DNA of 15,652 nt from an uncultured bacterium (GTDB taxonomy: Bacteria > Nitrospirota > Thermodesulfovibrionia > Thermodesulfovibrionales > JdFR-86): NCBI GenBank assembly GCA_965372535.1, contig CBDVCR010000071.1, positions 1 through 15,652 of the forward strand, read 5' to 3'. This document shows, piece after piece, positions 8,089 to 14,684 of this stretch (its first letter is position 1; each line of letters starts with the position of its first letter). The notes beneath the pieces were generated by a model that did no database searches, had not been told where the DNA came from, and saw only the letters and a program-made list of their open reading frames with translations. The position numbers were made by a program, and so were the translations under genes.

Positions 8089-8299
8089 GAAAGCCCTCGG
8101 ATGGCTCGGGGCGCCGGAAAGGACAGCCCTGGACATACTGGAACTCTGTCTCCAGCTTGAGGCGAACGCCCTTGACCTTTACATGAAAATCATCCGGCGC
8201 ATCGACGAACCGGCCACAAAAGACGCGCTCAACCAGGTGCTGGAGGAGGAAAAAACACACCTGATGAGCATCGGGAAACTCCTGCAGAGCGTGCTTTAG
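7997..8299 (+). pseudogene. Out-of-frame (+1) continuation of the rhodanese/ferritin-like gene
   Basis: The frame beginning at 7997 reads IEAYGKYSTDAGESAIKESSGAFLKSGANLEKALGWLGAPERTALDILELCLQLEANALDLYMKIIRRIDEPATKDALNQVLEEEKTHLMSIGKLLQSVL* with the stop at 8297-8299. It has protein-like composition and a second E..E..H-type helix, but no start codon of its own. Skipping nt 7996 joins ...ERKHKDTL to IEAYGKY..., giving a 275-aa protein. Confidence 0.6.
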
Positions 8300-8311
8300 C
8301 CCGGCTTTCTC

Positions 8312-9481
8312 TTACCCCCCTTTTTCGGGCGCGTACCGAAACACCGCGGCCAGCGGCGCATCCACCGGCATTTTTTCGCGGGCAACAGCGTAAACAGTCC
8401 CGCGGTTTAGAAGCGTTCGGACCGCGGCCAGGTCCAGGAGGTCCTCCTTTTCAGGACCTTCTTCGGGTTCAAGGCTCACCGTGTCTGTTTCGGGGTCGTA
8501 TCTGCCCCACTCTTGCTCGCCAGAAGCGGCAAACAGCACATCTACACTTCCGGCGGAAGCGGCCGGGACAACGACGTTTATGTCCGTAGAAGCATGCCCG
8601 GTGCCCAGAAGCTCCCTGCAGCGCGCCGCAGCCTCCTCGCGGGCCTTGAGAAAAAGGGGCTCCACCACGGCCCATGCCTCCTTGTGCAGACGTTCCGCGC
8701 CCGCCCTTTCCGGGTTGCCCGCCACCCCCCTGTCAACGAGATAGGGGTATGTGTTCGCCTCCCGGTATATCGCGTTGATATACTCGACGCCCGCCAGGAC
8801 CAGGAACGAGTGTTCTTCCTTGAGAAGTTCGTGCAGGCCCCTGTCTACATGGCGGCAGAATCTCAGTACAGCGTCCTTTTCGTCATCCACGCCGACACCG
8901 TGGCCGTGGAACATGGCGGGCCGCTGCCGCATTCCCCCTCCCGTGCCCGTATGAAACTGGAGCTGTTTCTGAGGGTCGTCGTATTTCAGGGCGTCGGCAA
9001 GGCTTTTCGGTACGTCTTTAAGAGACGCCTCGGCCATGCTGTATCGGGAGCCCTGAAACAACCTGACCCCGTTCTGGCTTAGCGCAAGGAGATAGAATCG
9101 CCCGTCCCCGCTGAACAGGGGGAGCAGCGGCTTGAGGTGGAAACGCCGGCCCGGGACAAGCAGTTCTTCAAAGCTCATGGGAAGACGGTAACGGCGGAAT
9201 TCCCCGGCCGAGGCGAACACGGCCAGCCCATCGCTCCTGTGCTCCCAGAAATCCCTGTCGCCCAACAGCATGTGGCCGGGCCTCAGCATCTCTCCGGCCT
9301 CGGCGGAGCGGAGGCCGCCTTCCAGCAGAAGCCCTTCGGCCCGCGAGAGCAGATTTTTGAACCTTACCGGGTCCTGCTCCGCCCCGCCGCCCGTCCTGTG
9401 CGTGGGCATGTAAATCGATATGCATCGGCCGCCGCTTCCTCCCGCAAGCGCCCTCAGGTCATTGATTCCCAGCATATCCAT
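8312..9481 (-). CDS. Conserved hypothetical protein, probably a bacterial archaeo-eukaryotic release-factor-like (baeRF / eRF1-fold) family member
   Basis: 389-aa ORF with good coding character. The N-terminal CISIYMPTHRTGGGAEQDPVRFKNLL and the central FYLLALSQNGVRLFQG pattern match my recollection of baeRF-family proteins. No search was run, so the family call is tentative. Confidence 0.4.
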   Translation of the reverse strand: MDMLGINDLRALAGGSGGRCISIYMPTHRTGGGAEQDPVRFKNLLSRAEGLLLEGGLRSAEAGEMLRPGHMLLGDRDFWEHRSDGLAVFASAGEFRRYRLPMSFEELLVPGRRFHLKPLLPLFSGDGRFYLLALSQNGVRLFQGSRYSMAEASLKDVPKSLADALKYDDPQKQLQFHTGTGGGMRQRPAMFHGHGVGVDDEKDAVLRFCRHVDRGLHELLKEEHSFLVLAGVEYINAIYREANTYPYLVDRGVAGNPERAGAERLHKEAWAVVEPLFLKAREEAAARCRELLGTGHASTDINVVVPAASAGSVDVLFAASGEQEWGRYDPETDTVSLEPEEGPEKEDLLDLAAVRTLLNRGTVYAVAREKMPVDAPLAAVFRYAPEKGG

Positions 9482-9580
9482 AATCCGCCCGCCCTTCCGC
9501 TCGATAACAGCACTGTCTTTTCTAACTCTATCACCTTTTAAGCAACTTTATAAGCACCCGCCAGCAGCGGTGTCCTCCGG

Positions 9581-9596
9581 AGCAAATGCCACGCCA
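9581..9596 (-). promoter_or_regulatory. Sigma54-type -24/-12 promoter motif facing the baeRF-like gene
   Basis: The minus strand reads TGGCGTGGCATTTGCT. GG and GC are at the canonical spacing of the consensus TGGCACG-N4-TTGCW, and TGGC and TTGC are both intact. The motif lies about 100 nt upstream of the ATG at 9481. A match of this quality is expected by chance roughly once per few tens of kb, so location is the main support. Confidence 0.35.
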
Positions 9597-9883
9597 GACT
9601 CATAACCCGGATATTGCACGAGTCCGGTTTGCCTCGGACGCAAGGCGCGCGGGACGCGAAGGAGGACATCCATGATAAGTAAACGAGCATCGCACCTTGC
9701 GCGGTGCTCGTCTTCGCGGGCGGGGCATCTCTGTCAATCACTGCTTGAGCGCCCCGCGCTCTGAGGCGACCTCTCACTGACGGAAAACGGCGCCGTCTCG
9801 ATGTTTGCTGCAGGGGGCCGAGGCATATTTTTTTTACCTCGATAGATTTGTTATACTTATTCATCTTACTTAAGGAGTTTCGA

Positions 9884-11275
9884 ATGTCCCGGTTAAAACT
9901 CATAGGTTCAGCTCTGACGGTATGCGCTCTGGTGCTGATGCGGCCCGCTCCCGGTGCGGCGATAAGCGAAACGAGCGACGAATATTCCTTCAAAATCACT
10001 GTCGAAACCCACCTCGGGGAGCACCTCAAGTCCGTGCTCACGGACATCGCCGGCTCCGACGACATCATCGTCATAGTCAACGCGGAGGTGGAAACCGACA
10101 AGAAGAGCAAGAAGAAAAAGCGTAAAAAACCCCAGGGCCTCGTGCTTCCCGGCGTCCCGGTTAAGAAGGAAATCGGCAAGAGCGCGGACGAGGCAATGGC
10201 CATTGCAAGCATGGTGCGGAGGCTTGAGGTGGAAATCCTGGTGGACAACGACATTTCCGAGTCCCTCACCCAACTCGCCCACGACATCGCCATCTCCGTC
10301 ATCGGATACGACCCCGACCGGGGCGACAGGCTCACCATCAGGCGAATTGAGTTCGGAAACAAGGGATTTAAGTGGGCCTCGATGTTTTACCCGCCCCACC
10401 TGTACTGGCTTGTTACGCTTATAGCGGGCGGCTTCTTCCTGGTGTCGGCGGCCATGTTCTTCATGGACCCGTTCAAGAAACTGCCGCCCGCCGTGGGAAA
10501 CGTAAACTGGGACGTCATACTCAAGAACCCGGAGAATAAGATGTTCGGCGGAGGCCCGGCAGGCGCGCCGGCAGCGGCCCGGACAGCCAAGGCGGAAACC
10601 ATGGCCGGCAGCGGCGACCCGTTGCCCTTCGGGTTCATAAAAGACGGCCACGTCCCCGACCTGGCCTTCCTGCTTTCGGAAAGCCCTGCCGGGGACATCG
10701 CCATCGTGGCCAACTACCTGGAGCCGGACCTCTCCGCAGGGCTTCTTGAGTCCTTCCCCCCGGAGACCTATGCCGAGGTCGTACTCAAGCTTAAGGACAC
10801 CGCCGAGGCCGGCCCCGAAAGGGTGAAAGCCCTGGAGGAGTCCATCAGGGAGCGCCTGGACTACGTGGTGGGCGGCGACGACAAACTTGCTTCCGTCCTC
10901 AACCTTGCCGAGGGCGAGGTCAGGGACAAGGTGCTCCAAAAGCTCGAAGAGGAGGACCCGGAGGCCGTCGCCCGCCTGAGGCCGAAGATAAAGACCTTCG
11001 AGTCCATGCTGAGGTCCATGAAGCCCAATGTCCTTCAGGCCCTTTTCAGGCAGCTCGACACCACGGTGTTCGCCCGCGTCCTGAAGTCCTCCTCGGCCGA
11101 CATACAGACCAGGGTGCTGGAGTCGCTGAGCGAAGGGGCCGCCGAACTCCTGCGGGAGGAGATGGAACTGAGCCGTCCCCTGAGCGCCGCGCGCCTTAAG
11201 AAGGAAAAGCAGAACATCGCGGCCACCGTCATGCGGATGGCGAGTGTGGGCGTCATAGAGGAGGAAGACATCTGA
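9884..11275 (+). CDS. Membrane-anchored FliF-like (ring-building motif + TM) / FliG-like (middle + C-terminal torque domain) fusion protein
   Basis: The start is placed at ATG 9884 (AAGGAG 6 nt upstream), not the TTG at 9848 in the track. It begins with an N-terminal hydrophobic leader, MSRLKLIGSALTVCALVLM. The periplasmic part ends VRRLEVEILVDND...ISVIGYDPDRGDRLTIRRIEF, which resembles the FliF RBM3 end (G-f-x-x-x-RGD-x-l-x-V-x-x-x-x-F). That is followed by a TM helix, LYWLVTLIAGGFFLVSAAMFFM. Next come FliG_M-like LAFLLSESPAGDIAIVANYLEPDLSAGLLESFPPETYAEVV and FliG_C-like GGDDKLASVLNL...LEEEDPEAVARLRPKIKTFESML...LQALFRQLDTTVFARVLKSSSADIQTRVLESLSEGAAELLREEMELSRPL...VGVIE. Confidence 0.75.
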   Translation: MSRLKLIGSALTVCALVLMRPAPGAAISETSDEYSFKITVETHLGEHLKSVLTDIAGSDDIIVIVNAEVETDKKSKKKKRKKPQGLVLPGVPVKKEIGKSADEAMAIASMVRRLEVEILVDNDISESLTQLAHDIAISVIGYDPDRGDRLTIRRIEFGNKGFKWASMFYPPHLYWLVTLIAGGFFLVSAAMFFMDPFKKLPPAVGNVNWDVILKNPENKMFGGGPAGAPAAARTAKAETMAGSGDPLPFGFIKDGHVPDLAFLLSESPAGDIAIVANYLEPDLSAGLLESFPPETYAEVVLKLKDTAEAGPERVKALEESIRERLDYVVGGDDKLASVLNLAEGEVRDKVLQKLEEEDPEAVARLRPKIKTFESMLRSMKPNVLQALFRQLDTTVFARVLKSSSADIQTRVLESLSEGAAELLREEMELSRPLSAARLKKEKQNIAATVMRMASVGVIEEEDI

Positions 11276-11276
11276 G

Positions 11277-12059
11277 ATGGACTTTATGACCGTTTTCGGC
11301 CTTCTGATGGGCGGCGCGACCATGTTCTTCGTCATGGCCGAGGGGAATATCCTGAACATGATAATCAACCCCCTGGCTTTCATCCTGGTGTTCGGAGGCA
11401 CTTTCAGCGCCACGCTCATCTCCTATCCCTGGGACATCGTAAGGCGGATAATCCCTTCCCTGAAAACGATGTTCGTAAAAACCGGAAACGGCAGCGAGCA
11501 CCGGGAGGACCTCATAGAGCAGATTACCAGGCTGGCCGAGAAGGCCCGCCGCCAGAATATCGAGAGCCTTCAGGAGGACGTGGCTTCCATAAACGACGGT
11601 TTTCTGGCCTACGGCATCCAGATGGTGCTGGACGGCCTCGAGCACGAAGTCGTGAAGGACAACCTGGAAAAGGAGATACTTTTCACTCAGCGCTCCCGGC
11701 GCAAGGTCAGCGACGCGTTCCGCACCATGGCCACCTTAGCGCCCATTTTCGGGCTGCTGGGGACCCTCATCGGCGTGGTGCAGGTGCTCAGGAACCTCTC
11801 GGACCCCACCAGCATGGGCGAGGCCATGGCCATCGCCATAACCACCACCTTCTACGGCATTTTCGCGGCCAATTTTCTCTTTCTGCCCGCCGCCATAAAG
11901 CTCAACGAGAACAACGAAGACGAAGTGATGAACTGGCAGATTGCGGCCGAGGGCATATTGTCCATCCAGCAGGGCGACCTCCCGCTGATAGTGAGGAAAA
12001 AACTCAACGCTTTCCTGCTTAAAAGCCTCGGCCGCGAAGGTGGGACCCGAAAAGACTGA
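11277..12059 (+). CDS. motA: MotA/PomA-family stator channel protein
   Basis: 260 aa with a four-TM layout. The cytoplasmic loop KARRQNIESLQED has an R..(8)..E spacing like MotA R90/E98. TM3/TM4 carry the conserved prolines (LAPIFGLLGT, FLFLPAAIKL). The ATG lies 1 nt after the upstream stop. Confidence 0.85.
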   Translation: MDFMTVFGLLMGGATMFFVMAEGNILNMIINPLAFILVFGGTFSATLISYPWDIVRRIIPSLKTMFVKTGNGSEHREDLIEQITRLAEKARRQNIESLQEDVASINDGFLAYGIQMVLDGLEHEVVKDNLEKEILFTQRSRRKVSDAFRTMATLAPIFGLLGTLIGVVQVLRNLSDPTSMGEAMAIAITTTFYGIFAANFLFLPAAIKLNENNEDEVMNWQIAAEGILSIQQGDLPLIVRKKLNAFLLKSLGREGGTRKD

Positions 12060-12724
12060 TGAAGCTGTTCATCCCGGAAAACAGGAGGCGTGGGGGCGCG
12101 CTTTGGCTTGTCATATTTTCCGACCTTTCGACGAACCTCATGCTCTTTTTCCTTATTCTCTTCGCCATGACCAGGATGAGTGCCGCCGAGCGCGAGACGG
12201 TGATAGAGGGCATGCAGCGGGCGACCTCCAACCAGGCCGCCCTTGAGGAGCGGGCTTTGAAAAAACAGAAGGAAAAAAACGCCATAAGGACGCTCGAGGA
12301 CACCATTGCCTACGGCAGGCTGAAGAAATACACGAACCTCTCCGTGGGCGACGATAAAATCAAGCTGACCATAGAACTGCCGTTTTTCTTCGCCACCGGG
12401 AGCGCGGAAATCAACGCCGCCGCCCGTCCGGCCCTCAAAAGCCTCGTGATCCCCATTAAAGAGTTCCCCAACGACATAATCATAGAGGGCCATACCGACA
12501 ACGTGCCCATGACTGCGGGCCACAGGTACGGCTCGAACTGGGAGCTCTCGGTGGCCCGCGCCGTCAGCGTTATAAACTTCTTCAAGGAAAAGGGGGTCAA
12601 CCCCGCAAAGCTGGTCTCGGGCGGCTACGGGGAGTACCACCCGGCGTTTCCGAACGACACCCCCCGGAACAGGGCGAAAAACAGGCGCATAGAAATCACC
12701 ATTCTCCGGCAACCTGCGGTGTAG
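12059..12724 (+). CDS. motB: MotB/PomB-family stator protein with OmpA-like peptidoglycan-binding domain
   Basis: The start overlaps the motA stop (TGATG). The single N-terminal TM, WLVIFSDLSTNLMLFFLILFA, carries the conserved channel Asp. The C-terminal region IIIEGHTDNVP...SNWELSVARA...NRRIEI is a canonical OmpA/MotB domain. Confidence 0.85.
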   Translation: MKLFIPENRRRGGALWLVIFSDLSTNLMLFFLILFAMTRMSAAERETVIEGMQRATSNQAALEERALKKQKEKNAIRTLEDTIAYGRLKKYTNLSVGDDKIKLTIELPFFFATGSAEINAAARPALKSLVIPIKEFPNDIIIEGHTDNVPMTAGHRYGSNWELSVARAVSVINFFKEKGVNPAKLVSGGYGEYHPAFPNDTPRNRAKNRRIEITILRQPAV

Positions 12725-12730
12725 GGCAAA

Positions 12731-13381
12731 GTGGCGCTCCACCGAAAAGTACTCAACATCCTCGTAGGGGGAAGGCCGGAGCCCATGAGCTGGCTGCTCC
12801 CCCACAGCACCCTTATGCTCGTCCTGATGATACTGTTCGTGGCCCTGTTCAGTTACTCCTACCTGAACTCGGTCGAGTACGAGTCCGCCCTTGTAGACCT
12901 GGAGACGCCGAAGGCCGAGTTGAGCCCTTCCAAAAGGGAAATCCACCTCGCCAAGAGCATCAGGAAGTTCATCGAAGACATGGGCATGGAGGGCGTCGCC
13001 AGCGTTAACGTGACTCCCCACGCCATAAAGCTCAAGCTTTCAAGCCCCGTGATGTTCGAAAGCGGGAGCGCCGAGCTTACGCCCTTCATCATGCCCATGC
13101 TTGTGGAACTCCTCAGGCACCTGAGGGACATGGAAAACACCATAATCGTGGAGGGACACACCGACAACGTGCCCATACACAGCGCCCTTTACCGCTCCAA
13201 CTGGGAGCTCTCGGCCGCAAGGGCCTTCAGCATAATATATTTTTATATAAAGAGAGACATCGAGCCGGAACGCCTCATCGCCCACGGCTACGGAGAGCAC
13301 AGGCCGTTTTACTCCAACGAGAGCGAGTTCGGGCGCGCCATGAACCGGCGGATAGAGATAACAATCGTAAGGGGAGGATAA
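12731..13381 (+). CDS. Second MotB/OmpA-like protein, with a TM segment that lacks the channel Asp
   Basis: 216 aa with a GTG start 6 nt after the motB stop; an alternative ATG lies at 12785 (MSWLL...). The TM is WLLPHSTLMLVLMILFVALF and has no acidic residue. The C-terminal region IIVEGHTDNVP...SNWELSAARA...NRRIEI is an OmpA-like domain. Confidence 0.8.
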   Translation: MALHRKVLNILVGGRPEPMSWLLPHSTLMLVLMILFVALFSYSYLNSVEYESALVDLETPKAELSPSKREIHLAKSIRKFIEDMGMEGVASVNVTPHAIKLKLSSPVMFESGSAELTPFIMPMLVELLRHLRDMENTIIVEGHTDNVPIHSALYRSNWELSAARAFSIIYFYIKRDIEPERLIAHGYGEHRPFYSNESEFGRAMNRRIEITIVRGG

Positions 13382-13382
13382 A

Positions 13383-14684
13383 GTGAAGGCAGCACTTGCA
13401 GCCGTATTAACAATGCTCCTGCTTTCCTGGGCGGCGCCGGCCGCCACGGCCCGGGAGACAGGGGGAAAAGCCGGGAAGGCGCGGGACATGGCCGTGAGCC
13501 TCTTCAACCAGGGCAAATACGAGGAGGCCCTTCCACTGTTGAAAGAGATTCTCTCGGAAAACCCCGACGACAAGGTCGCACAGAGGTACCTGCTTATTTA
13601 CAATCAGCAGGTCGTCGAGCCCTACTGCAGGCAGGCGGCCCAGTCCTACTTTGCCGGAGACTACCCTTCCGCGGTCACCCAGTGGGAGAAAATCCTCCGG
13701 ATAAACCCCAACGACATGCGCGTCCGGAAGCTCCTGGACAGGACGATTACCGTCTCCAACCAGGAAGCCCTGGACTCCCTCTACTCCAACGTGACCACGC
13801 TTATGAAGGACAGTAGATACGCCCTGGCAGCGGGCGAACTCGAAAAAATCCTCCAGATAAGGCCCCTTGAGCAGCGGGCGCATGAACTGCTGTCCATAGT
13901 GCGCCGCACCCTTACGGACAGCGCCGTTAAAGAGCTATACGAAAAAGCCAACCAGTATTTCGAGCAGAAGGAATACGACCTCGCCATCGAGCAGTGGCGG
14001 AAGATACTGGAGGTAGACCCGGGCCAGGACCTGGCCTCCCGGCAGATTGCCACCGTGCACCGCCGAAAGCTCGACAAGATGTACACCACAGCCGAACGGC
14101 TCTACCTCGAAGGCGACCTCGCCGCCTCCCGCGACCTCTACAGCAATATTCTTTCCGAAAACCCCACCGACCTTTCCATTAAAAAAACCATAGACCGCCT
14201 CAACGGGACGATAAACATCGTGCCCAGGCTTACTGAGGAGGGGAAGGTCTGGGACGTGCTCAGAAAGGGCGTCGCCCACCACGTCTCGGAGGACGGAAAC
14301 CCCAGGGTGGCCGTTGCCGCCGCCTGGTATGCCGTGCAGCTTGAGCCGGAAAACGCCACGATACTGGCGCTCATGGACCACATGGAGCGGGAAAACTTCG
14401 CCGTCGTCCGCACAATGGCGCCCCCGGTGGACGAGATGAACGTCGTGGACCAGTACCTTTTCACCGCCCTCAACAACATCTACGAGGGCCGCTACGACCT
14501 GGCCGTCCAGGAGTGCGGGATTGTGCTCGAACTCGAGCCGGAAAACATCCTGGCCATGAAGCGCCTGGGCTCGGCCTACTACGCCCTCGGCAGAGCGGGC
14601 AAGGCCAAGAAAGCCTGGCAGAAGGCGCTCAGGCTCTCGCCCAACGACAGCGAACTCAAGGGCTTCATAAAACAGCTCCGGTAA
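13383..14684 (+). CDS. Secreted tetratricopeptide-repeat (TPR) protein
   Basis: 433 aa. The GTG start lies 1 nt after the upstream stop and GGGGAGG lies upstream. The signal peptide is MKAALAAVLTMLLLSWAAPAATA. Repeated 34-aa style A-x-x-Y/F...A...P-N/D helices run throughout (e.g. GKYEEALPLLKEILSENPDD, GDYPSAVTQWEKILRINPND, KEYDLAIEQWRKILEVDPG, GRAGKAKKAWQKALRLSPND). Confidence 0.8.
   Translation: MKAALAAVLTMLLLSWAAPAATARETGGKAGKARDMAVSLFNQGKYEEALPLLKEILSENPDDKVAQRYLLIYNQQVVEPYCRQAAQSYFAGDYPSAVTQWEKILRINPNDMRVRKLLDRTITVSNQEALDSLYSNVTTLMKDSRYALAAGELEKILQIRPLEQRAHELLSIVRRTLTDSAVKELYEKANQYFEQKEYDLAIEQWRKILEVDPGQDLASRQIATVHRRKLDKMYTTAERLYLEGDLAASRDLYSNILSENPTDLSIKKTIDRLNGTINIVPRLTEEGKVWDVLRKGVAHHVSEDGNPRVAVAAAWYAVQLEPENATILALMDHMERENFAVVRTMAPPVDEMNVVDQYLFTALNNIYEGRYDLAVQECGIVLELEPENILAMKRLGSAYYALGRAGKAKKAWQKALRLSPNDSELKGFIKQLR

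Noticed and set aside
9609-9629. Plus-strand sigma54-like TTGCAC...TTTGC upstream of the cassette
   Set aside because: The -24 GG is replaced by TG, and the spacing between the two elements is about 4 nt too long.
9818-9845. Sigma28 (FliA)-like -10 element CTCGATAG upstream of the cassette
   Set aside because: Only 5 of 8 positions match GCCGATAA, and no TAAA -35 lies at the required ~15-nt distance. A FliA promoter would have tied the cassette to the flagellar regulon, but the sequence does not support one.
9848-9883. The track's upstream TTG start for the FliF/FliG fusion (MLYLFILLKEFR...)
   Set aside because: AAGGAG at 9872-9877 is optimally placed for the ATG at 9884, which also yields a normal signal-peptide-like N-terminus. 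The extension would start inside AT-rich, promoter-like DNA.
9538-10362. 274-aa minus-strand ORF spanning the intergenic region and the start of the FliF/FliG fusion gene
   Set aside because: It is Ser/Met-rich low-complexity sequence that overlaps a real gene in antisense and crosses a probable promoter region. No motifs were found.
9908-11419. 503-aa minus-strand ORF. Similar long antisense ORFs lie at 11852..13021 (389 aa), 13935..14777 (280 aa), 13040..13573, 3341..4000, 6113..6670 and 379..978
   Set aside because: All lie opposite well-supported genes. They are rich in Arg/Gly/Pro/His, lack recognisable motifs or RBS, and often share codon phase with the sense gene. They are shadow ORFs.
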